Below are positions 41,140 through 54,224 of a stretch of DNA of 64,000 nt, one piece after another. The position numbers and the translations under genes are program-made. Below the pieces are notes generated by a model. The model saw nothing but the letters and a program-made list of their open reading frames with translations. It was not told where the DNA came from and did not search any database. Position 1 is the stretch's first letter. The number at the start of each line of letters is the position of its first letter. The DNA comes from Octopus vulgaris (lineage: Eukaryota): positions 69,254,001-69,318,000 of the forward strand of contig OX597819.1 of the NCBI GenBank assembly GCA_951406725.2, written 5' to 3'.

Positions 41140-44100
41140 TTATTTTTACTTTTACTTTTAATCTGCATCTTCCCTACAGGTCACTTGCCGAGACACACCC
41201 AGCGTCCTGAGATAGTGAAGTATAAGAGATGTCACAATATGAATGATTACTTCGGGAGGGGAGGTAGTGAAATATCTTAATGTAATACAACACATACATT
41301 TAAGTGGGTAGGGTTTTTCAAAGGATATGGGCAGTATATGACAGTACAATCTTTTGGATTTTTTGAGACATGCTTTTGCTGGGTTCTTATTTCGATATAT
41401 CTGACATCCCCTTTTTATCATACTTAGGGCACCTACAATAAAAAGAACAGTTTTCGTTTTAACATGCCATGTCTTTTGTATTTCAGTTCCCGGGTTCTTA
41501 TATTTACATAGTTTGTCAAATTTCATGACAGATACATTTTCATCAGTGGGAGTACTTATATCTATTAGTGTACAATTATTTTCTTCCGTCTTTAATTCTT
41601 ACGTCTGGTCGCTTAGCCTCGATCGTCCTGTCAGTGTTGACTGGAAATTCCCAGAGGATAGTGACATTTTTACCTTCAACGACTAGCTCGAGACGATGCT
41701 CGTACCAGTAAGTAAGGTTGCTGATTTTGTAGTGTTTAGCTGTTTTCCAATGTAAATACTGTCCTATATTCGTTTGGGTGTCAGCACAGGTCATCCCGAG
41801 ATGAGATGGTCTATTGTTTAGCCAAAAGTGTCGCAGAATCTGCATTTAGGGCCAGAACCGTTTTGAAGAACGCTAGCCTGGTAGTTTTTGTGAGCAAGCT
41901 TTGGTCTTGTGTCACCAACATGAAACCTTCAGTCTCTGCTTTCAGTCCCGAACTTCTCAGTCACTGATGAATTGTTGATTGATCTACATCAACATTTTGA
42001 CTTTGAAGTATATACTGTCTATACAGAGGTTCCTCAATTTGTTTCTGTCCGTTGTCCTTTCCAGGCTGCTTGATGCATTTTGCTTGTTTTGTATCTGTGG
42101 TTTCAGATTCTTCAACTATTCAGGATTAATGCCAAGTTCCCATGCGAATTTGTAAGCTTCCTTGGCAATCGAATGTGACTCTTTGCTGCTTTCGTGTTTG
42201 CGCACAAAACACAACATTCAGTCCTCTGCACAAAGTAAGTGCCTGTTCATTGCTATTGTAGAGGTCTTGTAGCACAGTTCTATCTGCATTATTCCACTTC
42301 TCTCATTACTTCTAGTTAAGTACACACGATCAAAGTCTGCTTGTGGATGGTGCATCTTCTTAGAAATTAATATTTTCTTCTCTTCTTGCCGAGGCGTTGG
42401 AGTTCTGTAAGACTCCAGTTAATGATGTTAAAACTATGTTGCACTAGTGAAAGTGCCTGGGTGTTAATGGCTTCGATGCGATTTCTAGAGTTGAGTTCAG
42501 TTTTTTGTATGAGTCGTATTCTCCCGTAATATTCTTTTCTTATTTTTTCCTTCATAGTAGCATGTTGTATATCATCTCCGTTCATCCCCAAGCATTTGTA
42601 ATTTTCCTGTGGATCAAGATCTTTTGCAGTAGTGTCGATATTTAATTCAATGGAAGCTGTTTGTTGAGCTTGCCTCTTACAGAAGTTGCTTTAGCACACT
42701 TATTAATGCAAAAGTCCATCCCGATGTCATTTCTAAATTATTTACCCGTTGTTAGCAGACCTAGTAGCTTTTCACCATTTCTAGCAAACAGCTTCAGATC
42801 GTCCATATAAACTTTGAATCCATACCTTGTGTTAATTAGTTCGTTTGAGAGTGAGATCAGTGCCATACAAAAGAGTAATGGGGAGAGGAAGTCACCTCGA
42901 AAGATGCCTCGTTTGATGTTGATGTTAATTTGGCTCATCCCATTACTATGGCTTAGAAGGAGATGTGTGTTCCAATTGGCCATGCTTCCTTGTAAGAATT
43001 TGGAGACGACAGGAGAGATCTTACATATTTTAAGGGCCTTGAGTATCCAATTATGTAGGACACTATCAAACGCATTCTTGTGATCTAGCCATGCCATACT
43101 GAGGTTCTTTTTGCTTCGGCAATTCTCTACAATTATTTTATTTATGAATAATTGATCTTTACACTAATAAGAATTTCTTTTACAACATTTTTGAGCTTGT
43201 GGAAGAATAGATCTCTGTTCACGAAAAGTGTATATTCTGTCAGTTGATACGGATGTGAGGCCCTTGTAGGTGGCTTTGAGACATATTATTGGTTGGTAGT
43301 TCTTTGGACATTGTGTCTTCTGTTTTTGGTAGAAGATATGTTGTTCCTTCATTCAGCCAGGCTGGTATTTGCTCTGGATTGTGGATGACATCAGTTAGAG
43401 ATACTGCTAAATTTTGGTGTACTTCTGTCAGGCAATTTAACCAGAAGTTAGGAATTCGGCACAGTCCTGGAGTTTTCCATTTGTGAGACTTCCTAAGAAT
43501 ACTTCTTAGCTCTTCTATTCCTATTGCCTTCCATTTCTGCTCTTCAACTTCAACCTGTCTCACTTTCTTACGCTTTATCCAGTGAATTTCAGCATTATAT
43601 TCTTTTTTGTTGCTCCATATCTTCTTCCAGAACTCTTCCATTTCCTCGGTCTTGGGTGGCTCCTTTTCTTCTATCTTATTTTTGCCAATTCCCTATAAAA
43701 TTTCTTTGCATCCGTCTTGAATATCTTGTTTTGTCCATAAAATGTTATTCTTTTGTCATCCCTTCTAAGCCGTTGGGCTTTCAGTTGTATTCTTTGTTTC
43801 AACAGATCCTTGGTTGCAGGGAGGTTTATAAAATCTTTCATTTTATATTTTTGCTTGATTTATTTTTAGCTCGTTTCTTTTTAATAACTACTCCTCCAGC
43901 AAGTTCATCGAGAACCGATACATCCGCACGCAGAGATTCGATCTCTTTTTGTATTGCTACATTCCACTTGGGAGATCTAATTACATGGTTGGTCCTTTTC
44001 TGTGCTGTCCAGATATCTAGTTGAGCAGTTACAACTTTAGCAGTGGATTAGATGAGATTATTTAAGATTGTTATGTAATTTCCGGTATTACTTAAGAACT

Positions 44101-45200
44101 GCCCGAGAGCAGCATTATATATCATGATTAGGTTGTTGTTTTTTATGATGTCTGAGAACTTTGCCAGTGGTTCTCTATTGATGATGTTAGTAGACTCAGT
44201 ATGATTGAGTACTCTGATAATATTTTCTATTGCTTCTATGATCTTCCTCTTTATTATTCACCTCAAATTCTGTAACATACCTATTCTGAATTTCCTGAAG
44301 TAGGGCGTCCTTCTCTTTTCTCCGGATAACTTTTCTTCGCTAAACTTTCTTCAGCTTCCTCGTTCAGATGTACAGTTCATACACTGGATTCTGTGCATCT
44401 GTTACCTATTTCGTCTGTATTGTTGCTGTGTTCATTCGGTCTACCATGAGATATTTGTGTCCTAATCTGGTTAATTTCAGCGTCTGTTAACCTTTTATTC
44501 TTCATGAAATCTCTACCTACATTACTAAGTTTATTTGCATATATACATATATATCTGCGTACTTCATTGCCTACTAAGTTTCTCCAAGAAATGTAAGTTG
44601 GTACGTTGAGGTTATTGCTTGGCTATAGTTCGGCTGTATAGAAAGCTTTCAGCACATCTCTATAATCCTCTCTAGTCCAGCTAAGGTTTTTGCTTTAGGT
44701 GATGGTTTTGATGATGTCACTACAGGCCTAGTGTTAGGATTATCCTGGATCTGGTTACATAGTACATCATTTTCTGGAGAGTTTTTTTCCAGCAGCAGAC
44801 TTTTCGACCCCAGTCCAGTTCACCACTGAGTAACGCAGTCCTTGTTGTCCCGGGCGATAAGCGATCTGGCGTGAGTTTTCTCTTGTTTTTAAGGCATTGA
44901 CAGTGACAATAGGTGACGGGCGTGTTTCTTCAGAGTTGACTGTTTGACCTGACATCGCTTCGTTGTTCTTCGAATGGATATATTTATCATATCGTAGGGT
45001 GATGGATCGAAAATCGCCGCTTTTGTTTTTGGTAGCTATGTTTCCGGAGAATATTTTTTGTTTATGTTTTAAACTGAGTAACTAATTTGCTCCTTTTTTC
45101 ATCCGTCTGTGCGAATTCGCTTTGTTTTTGTTTGTGGTCGGTACGGCGTCGCTCGTCACACGTGTTTTTTTTTTCTTTTATTTTCCGTGTGTGCACGTGC
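41140..45200 (-). mobile_element. Old, near-full-length R4/Dong-like retrotransposon with many stops and frameshifts
   Basis: Collinear fragments: N-terminal WTREDYRDVLKAFYT (~44640-44685), KSHKWKTPG...NFWL, AWLDHKNAFDSV, GIFRGDFLSPLLF, YMDDLKLF, KIRKEYYGRIR, TILWEFPVNTDRTIEAKRPD. The 3' UTR runs into an (AAT)n array. The 5' limit is approximate. Confidence 0.85.
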
Positions 45201-45540
45201 GTATCGTGTAGGCATTATTTATGTTTTATCTAAATTATTTACATGTGTACATAGACGCGTAGACAGTTGCATGTATGAGTAACTATACAAATTACGTACT
45301 TACTGTGTAAATGGGGTTTTTCCAGATGTCCTGGTGTTTGATTCGGCTTCTCGCGTTTATTCCATTGAGATATCTTGCATTTAAGAAAGAAACTACCCTT
45401 TATATGGCAGAGAAATCGTTCCACTTTTTACTTCCTCTGCTTCAACAGAACTTTTCTCACAGTTGTACTCTTGACATTTTCCGTTTGTTTTGTGGAGAGA
45501 GCTTCTTAGTGTACGTCAATGTTATTATTTAGCCGGAGCT

Positions 45541-45639
45541 ATCATTATTATTATTGTTGTTGTTGTTGTTGTTGTTATTATTATTGTTGTTGCTGTTGTT
45601 GTTCTTGTTCTTGTTCTTGTTCTTGTTGTTGTTGTTGTT

Positions 45640-45670
<31 letters not shown>

Positions 45671-45681
45671 TTCTTATTCTT

Positions 45682-45771
<90 letters not shown>

Positions 45772-45773
45772 TA
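45541..45773. repeat. Compound (TTG)(TTC)(TTA)n, longer in the duplicate (58650-59020)
   Basis: Direct reading. Confidence 0.97.
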
Positions 45774-46917
45774 TGTTTGATTTGTTCAGACATGTTTTCA
45801 AATCTCTCTTCAAAATGCTGAATCTTACCAGTGGTGTTTATACATGGAATTATTTCACTGTTTGCTGCAAATTTATTCCCATACTGACAAGCTTAAGAGA
45901 AATTGCAAGTCTATATAAGGTTTAAAGAATAAAACGCTTTGTTTTGCTTCCTTTCTTAGAGAGATTCTAATTCCTAATGCGTACGTGAGCATGTGTTTTT
46001 GCGTGTGTGCGTGTGTGTGTATGTTTGTTTGTCTGTGTGTTTCTGTGCGTTTGTGTGTATTTGTGCGTCTGCGTGTATAGATATATATAAACAAGATGGT
46101 TGTAAAAATTCACAACAAACTACCTTCACAAAAGCAATTTGAAGACAATCACATAAAAACAAAGAGGGGATACGATGGGCAAGATCAACATACATTGAGC
46201 CACACATTATAAAAGATACTAAAATAATTCTAAAATGGTAATAATACAACGTAGCTAAGCGTTTGTTTCTGCATTAATAAAAAATATATGCACAACAATA
46301 AAATATATGCATATGCTTGCACAATATTTACAAAGCTACGTAGCAGTCAAAATTTCACTGGTACAAATTTTGTCTTTTGCACATATAACTGCCAACGCAC
46401 CATCTCCAGAGACGTTTCTCTAGAATGGATTATCGTTCACTCATTATCTGATTAATATATTTCCTTATAGTAAATTGAGCCTTGTCAGTGGTTATAATTG
46501 TCAGAAAACATATCAAGCGAGTTTGAGTATCAACTTAAATCATAAACAATTTTTCAGTTTATTTCTAATCAGATAATATTCTTAAGAGTCATGAGAATTT
46601 TAAATCATGCTATGAAACCTACTGGAAACATAATGTGCTTTTCTATGGTCTATATTTGATTTTTAATACTTTCTGACATTAGACTACGGCCATACTAAGG
46701 CACTGGCTTGAAAAATTTAGTCGAATGAAACGACCAAACTATTCATTTTAGACACGGTAACTATCCTCTCTTTGTCACTTGCTGAATCGCTAACTTACGG
46801 GAATATAAACACACCAACACCGGTTGTTGAGTGGTGGTGGGGTATAGAAAGAGACAGACGCAACAACAAACAAACACACATTCACATGCACATGTATATA
46901 TGTATGTGTGTGTGTAT

Positions 46918-47130
46918 TTACAGTCACCATACTTGACAGCTAAATCGACAAGTTTTTTATTCTCTCTTCCCTCATTTTTATTCTCACTGTTTATTTTCTC
47001 TTATTCCTTTCTGATAGAGAGCGTATGCTCAAAACGTAAAAGACTTTTTCATTTTCCCGAGCGTCAAACTAATACACCTTCGTGTTGTTTATTCACATGT
47101 TTTCGTCTTCTATTTTCCTATAAATTCGAG

Positions 47131-47132
<2 letters not shown>
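46918..47132 (+). repeat. Short PLE pLTR-like repeat with a degenerate hammerhead motif (also ~21900-22055 and duplicate ~60158-60370)
   Basis: CTTT CTGATAGA GAGC-GTAT-GCTC AAAA CG TA AAAG at 47007-47042. The related copy near 21955 has GAGC-GTAG-GCTC GAAA. Followed by (TA)n. Confidence 0.5.
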
Positions 47133-47194
<62 letters not shown>

Positions 47195-47394
47195 TATGCA
47201 TACATATATATATATATTCACAAGGAAAATAAATAAATATATATATATATATATATATATGTTAATAAATTTAAAATAATAAATTATATTTAAATAAGCA
47301 CTCCGTGTATCATAAAGTTGAAATAAACATAGGAACAATTCTTAAAAGAAACTGTACTCTCACAATTTGTAAACAATCTAGCGCTACAATTTAA

Positions 47395-47494
47395 NNNNNN
47401 NNNNNNNNNNNNNNNNNNNNNNNNNNNNNNNNNNNNNNNNNNNNNNNNNNNNNNNNNNNNNNNNNNNNNNNNNNNNNNNNNNNNNNNNNNNNNN
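47395..47494. other. Assembly gap (100 N)
   Basis: Run of 100 n. Confidence 1.
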
Positions 47495-47702
47495 AAGTTC
47501 TATATTTGATTTTTCAAACAATCCAATATAGCCTATCATTTATTTCTCGTTTATAAAAAGTTGAACTGCGACTGGTGTATTTATAAAGCGTAATGTATCG
47601 ATGAAAGACTTGAATCGAAAACGACCATGCACTGCTCCAGAAACCTACACGCATGCACATATATATAAACTTTGATGTATACACAGACACAAATACACAC
47701 AG

Positions 47703-47734
<32 letters not shown>

Positions 47735-48615
47735 GTATCTAGGCATATATACCCTCGTATATAAATGGCTCCGGACATAAAATAGTTATGTGAATTTCAG
47801 GGAAATATTTTTAGAATTCAATCTACCGTAGCCTGCATATGTATATGTGTGAAACATTGTATGATGTTCTGTGTGTGTGTGTCTTTCTTTGTGTTTTTTG
47901 TACGTGTGTGTGTGTTCGTGTATGTTTGTGTAAATGTTTCAGCTTAATAGTACGAACGGTAAAGCTAGTAATCAATATATGCGATTGAATTTATCTCTTT
48001 CATAACCGATCCTTTTAGGAGTCCTTCAGAGTTTCGCGCGTGATTTCATCGTTTTAGGCTTTATCATCGAGTTTAAAGAGTATAACTTAGTAACGCAAAA
48101 ACAAGAAAGGGCTCTAAAATATATTGGTTTGGAAAGCTCAGTTAGTGAGGTGTAGCGCCTTCTATTGGCAGAAATAGAAGTCAAGGAGTAAGTAACGTTC
48201 ATGAGCTCTCATATAATTTTCCAGTGATCAAAATGATATCCTCTTTAAAACGAGAACATTGTCGGGCATATTAAAAATATATTTAGCAAAAATAGTTGCT
48301 CTCTTTTAGCATCAGTTCAAACATTCACTCCATCTGTTCATTTACCCTGATCCTCAGATCCAAAATAAAGTTATCAAATTAGAATATTTAAATTCCAGCA
48401 CTTTGCTACACGGGTTTTGAATGTCTATTGCCCTCCAGATTATAAATATATTACTAACTAAACTTCTGTTTTTTTATATATTTAGTACTGGGAAAATGTG
48501 AGCAATTAGATTATGACACTTGTGGTTTTGTAGTATGATCTTTGATGCAATGTTTTTCTTGTACAAGCTATAATATCTATTAGTTTTCACTTTTGAACTT
48601 GGCATGACAATTCAC

Positions 48616-48671
<56 letters not shown>

Positions 48672-48672
48672 T

Positions 48673-48748
<76 letters not shown>

Positions 48749-48757
48749 TAAAAAGTC

Positions 48758-48814
<57 letters not shown>

Positions 48815-48835
48815 AAAAGTCATAGATAGATAGAT

Positions 48836-50626
48836 ATGTTTCTTTATTAGCCACACAGGGCTGCACACAGATAGAACAAATTACAAGGTAGAGCTTTTCT
48901 TTTGGGGGTAAAAAAAAAGGAGAGTGGTGGTTTTCGATCAAAAGGGATCGTAAAGGGAAAGAAAAAGGACAAAAAAAGGGGAGGGGTTAAAAAAAGGGGG
49001 GGAGAGAACAAAAATGAATAATAGGGATCGTTATCACAGAAATGTCAATATGAAGTGTAAAGGGGAGGACAGGTGAGGTTTACCCGTGGAAAGAAAAGCC
49101 TACGGAAAAGACCACGGTAACCTCGGTCAATGAAGTCACATGTTATATTTCTTTTTTTTTTTTTTTTGCAAATAAGCAACTCTCTGTATTAATTTTTATG
49201 GTTCATAGAATCATAGTCAAGGTGGCTTCGTCATTCATACGTGCCATCCTTGCTACATTCACCCATCTTTTTTTAAAACATTCACTAGACAAAACTTGCC
49301 TCTCTACTCTCACTTTCCTCTTCAAGTGATACTTGAAGAAGTTGATGAGAGATTGACCAGAGAGGAAAGTGTTTGTCTCTAATCCTTTCAGGCGCGTCCA
49401 CCAGATACATTCTACTTCGCCATAGCCACAAGTATGATAAAAATAGCTCTTCCTTCCGTTTGAAAGAAGGAGGCGTGACGATATTAACGATAGACTCGGC
49501 TGATAAACCGACACGTCCCACACGTGACAGCAGTCGTTCGACATAAGCCCACAGGTCGGAAATTGCTGGACACTGCACGATTGCGTGCAGAGCGGTTTCG
49601 TCGCTCTGCCCGCATCTCGGGCAGGTCGGCCCCGTCTTTCTCGAGCCATGCCTATAGAGCTTATCCCGAACGGGTAGCGCTTCTCGGTAGCACCGCCAGG
49701 CCAGGGATCTCTGGAAGTTGTCCATAGGTCCCGGGCCGAAAGTCGTTTGAAACAGGCGGGTCAGGTATTCCTCGTCGACGCCTAGGTTTGCCCCGAGCTC
49801 GTCGTCGTACCTCCCCTCCACTAATCCCCTATAGAATGCTTTGGTTGTGTTGAAGTCACTCAAGGTCGACCCGGGACGGCAGAGTTGCTTGAGAGCAACG
49901 CGACACTCGCGGTGCCATCCGCCCTTCCTCGGCCTCTTTTTGATCCACGACTGTAGTTCGGTCATGGAGACGAGTTGCGGGAATGCGTGCCTCACAAACG
50001 GCGACCACACCTGTTCACCGTCGTCTACATAGAGCCGGAGATGTCGCAGTCTCAGCGCGTGTCTGCGCATCATCGACCACGGCATGCCCAGCCCTCCTTT
50101 TAACGGGTGTTGACAGCAAATGGATCGCCTGACCATCGGGACGCATCCTTTCCACAAGAAGCGGAAGAGGATGCGTTCTAGTTTGGTGATGGTAGGGTCG
50201 GGACAAGGTACGACGGTCAGGCGGTAGTAGATGATGGATGCGATGTACGCGTTCACCACCTCCGCCCGACCTTTTAGGGACAGTTTCCTCTCGGCCCATT
50301 GCTGGGCGAGAGTGACCACCCTACTCGTTATCTCGTTCCAGTTCTTCTCCATTTGGAGGTCCGGACCGAACCAGACCCCGAGCAACTCAACCGGGCCGTC
50401 TGTCCAGCGTCCCACGACGGAGGTACTGGTGGACGGCATGGGCTTGCTTCTCCAGGTGCCGAGCCGCAAGCCCACTGACTTTTCCCGGTTGATTTTTTGC
50501 TCCTGTCACCGCTTCGTAGTCTTTCAGTTCATCTCGCCGACCCGCTCGATGTGCTCGTGGCTTGACACTATGACGGTGACGTCGTCCGCGTATGCAGACA
50601 CGCTCGTCCCGCATCCCAATTCTCGC
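48836..50626 (-). mobile_element. Duplicate copy of the Tx1-like insertion
   Basis: Near-identical to 35647-37430, same junctions, different small indels (ORF 49285..50475). Confidence 0.9.
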
Positions 50627-50705
<79 letters not shown>

Positions 50706-50718
50706 AAAAGAGATAGAT

Positions 50719-50755
<37 letters not shown>

Positions 50756-50763
50756 GGATGGAA

Positions 50764-50795
<32 letters not shown>

Positions 50796-51293
50796 TTACT
50801 TAGTTAGTTAGTAGTTAGTTAGTTAGTTAGTTAGTTAGACAGATAGACAGACAGACAGCAATGCAGGATAAGTAAAGGTGAAACCGATATGTGTGCGGGT
50901 GTGGAGTAGTACATTGTTATCTGACCTGAGCTAATCTAATATATATCTTCTTGTCGATCATTAATATACGGGAGTCAATGAATGCTTCTTTTTAGCTAAA
51001 TTTCTTTATCCAATTAACTCTACTGAGTCACTATATTCTCTGTTTAGACATTCTATTAATCCGTTCAACTGTAAATTATCGAATAGAACCAGCTATTTCC
51101 ACTGCCCGCCTAATCATTTATCGACTTCATCTGTCAAGACGTGCAACTATGGACCACATGTAACATGAGCTGAATTTTTCACTGTCCAAAGAAAAGGATA
51201 TCTAAAGGTTAGATAATCGATATGTGTGTGTGTTTGTGTGTGTGTGTGTACGTACGTATGTATGTATGTATCTAGGTATCTATGTATTTATTG

Positions 51294-51325
<32 letters not shown>

Positions 51326-51342
51326 ATGTATATATATGTATG

Positions 51343-51387
<45 letters not shown>

Positions 51388-51436
51388 ATATAATTTAATA
51401 TAATATATGTATATATATATATGTGTGTGTGTATAT

Positions 51437-51506
<70 letters not shown>

Positions 51507-51680
51507 ATACATGTATGTAAGTATGTATCATCTGCTATAGATTATAAAGGGTGTATGACCCTAAGGCAGTCTATTAATTCTACAATGGATTGATGGGTTG
51601 ACATGACAATAGCGTTACACGAAAGATACTAAACATTAAACCTTCACGTGTCTGATTGAACAACAACAACATCAACCAAA

Positions 51681-51733
<53 letters not shown>

Positions 51734-51735
<2 letters not shown>

Positions 51736-52278
51736 GCTCTACCAGGCAGTGGCTTTCATGGCCTCTCATCTTAATCTATTGGAAGCGGTGTCATGTATAT
51801 TGATTTGTCTTGGTATAAAAATGGGCTACAGTAACTATTCTGCTCAATAGCACAGATTTGTTTTTCAGTTGTTTGGCCTGAACCAGTTGAGCACGTCCTT
51901 TAATAGCTGGCGATATGTGCATCTCTGATCACGAGCAGAAGTAGTGGGGGAACATCATAGCCATGTGCTGAAAGGAAACGTTTGAGGTTTGGACAGTTCA
52001 CCTCTTGAAAAATGGGTGTTTTATTTAACATCCTTGCACAACCCTAATTCAGGAACCTTTTGAGCGGGATGAGCTACTGAACACAAACAAAATTCTAATT
52101 GAGCCCCACCTGTAAGTTCATGCGCTATTTATCTTGATATGAGATCACAATGTCACGTACATATGGTCGTGATACATATGTCTGATGTACCCTTATCAGA
52201 CGGGTTGTCATGATGGATATACCGAGCTTCGTATATTTATCCCAGTGTCACTTTGATGGTATGCACTGCTCTCTCACA
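51734..52278 (+). mobile_element. Family D, duplicate of 38631-39176
   Basis: Near-identical sequence within the 13 kb duplication. Confidence 0.85.
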
Positions 52279-52301
52279 TAATAATAATGATGATGATGAT
52301 G

Positions 52302-52382
<81 letters not shown>

Positions 52383-53961
52383 GTGATGATGATGATGACG
52401 ATGATGATTTTGATGGTATAAGAAGAAGAAGAAAAGGAAGAAGGAGAAGGAGAAGAAGAAGAAGCAGAAGAATTGATTTACAATCCCAAAGGATAAGAAT
52501 GTCAATACAAGAGGTATAGAGAAAATAGGAAAGTACCAGGACATAGCCATTGAATTATAGAGCCTAAGGGACAACGCTATCATGAAATTTATCCTTGAAG
52601 GTTGTATTATTTTAACTCAGTGGATTTCTTTCGGGTGGATCTACTTTGTAAGACGTCTGTCTAAAGCTTATATTTTGCGGTACATAATAAAGAGTAGGGT
52701 AGTCCTGGGGCGAGTGAAGTATAAGAGATGTTACAATATGACTGAAGGCTTGGGGAGGAGAGGTAGTGAAATATTTTCATGTAATAGAACACATACATTT
52801 AAGTGGATAGGTTTTTCTAAGGATGTAGGCTGTACATGACAGTACAATCTTTTGGATTTCTTTGAGACATGCTTTTCCTGGGATCTTATCTATGTTTCTG
52901 ACATCCCTTTTTATTATACCTAGGACACCTACAATAAGAGGAACAATTCTCGTTTTAGGTTGCCACATCTTTTGTATTTCAGTTCCCAGGGCCTTATATT
53001 TACTTAGTTTGTCAAATTCCTTGACAGATATATTATCAGTGGGAACGCTTGCATCTATTAGTGTACAATTATTTTCTTCCCTGTCTCTAAAAGTAGCAAT
53101 TTATTTTACATGGAATGCATGTCTTGGGGTGGATATGGATCTATTTGTAAGAAATGAGTCGCAGTCAAGTGCTTGGATCAATGCACTTGAATAGACCTCT
53201 TCCCCAAAATATCAAGCCTTGTACCTATAGGCGAAAGGATTATCATTATTATTATTATCATTTCATCTGCACACAACATTTTAATCTGTTGGAAAAGAAA
53301 ATCCCCTAAATTCAGTCTACAAGGAAACATAGATGCCAAGAACACTCCCAGCTATTCTCACTGTTCCTAATAATACTGTTTTCTGGAGTTTTACTAAACT
53401 TCATTTTACGCCTATTTCCTCTATCCATCTGTTCAAATCTTTAGAGTTAATTCCTTATGCACCTATAACTAGATGTATACATTTTCCCCGCACTTTCCAT
53501 AGTCTCTGTATTTCAATAGCTAGGTCCTGGTTCTTTGCTATTCTTTCTATACCTCTCATATCGACTTTCTCATCCTTTGGGAATGTAAAGTCAATTATCT
53601 GGCACTTTCTATTCTCTTTATTTACTACTACTAAATTAGACCTTCTTCCTTTTGTCTCTCTTTCTGTTTGAGTTTTAAAGGCCCACAATATCTTATATTT
53701 TTTTATTTACTTTTAGCACGTTGCTAGGTTCATGCTCATAATATTTATGAGTATGTTCAAATCCTAGCTTTCTACATAGCTCCCAGTGGTTTAGTCGCCC
53801 TAGGTTGTGATGTCTTTTCTTGTATTCCCTCTGTGTCACCATGCTACATTCGCTTACCATATGAGTAACACTTTCTCATTTGTTTTATACTACCTGGATT
53901 TTGTCTATCTTAGCATTTAGCCAATTAGTTCCCAATGTTTCATCTTATGCCGCTACAAACA

Positions 53962-54042
<81 letters not shown>

Positions 54043-54133
54043 CATTACTATTATTATTGTTGTTGTTGTTGTTGTTGCTGCTGCTGTTGTTGTTTATGTT
54101 GCTTTTGTTACTGTTGTTGCAGTTGTTGTTGTA

Positions 54134-54198
<65 letters not shown>

Positions 54199-54224
54199 CA
54201 TTATCATCATCATCATTATTACTT

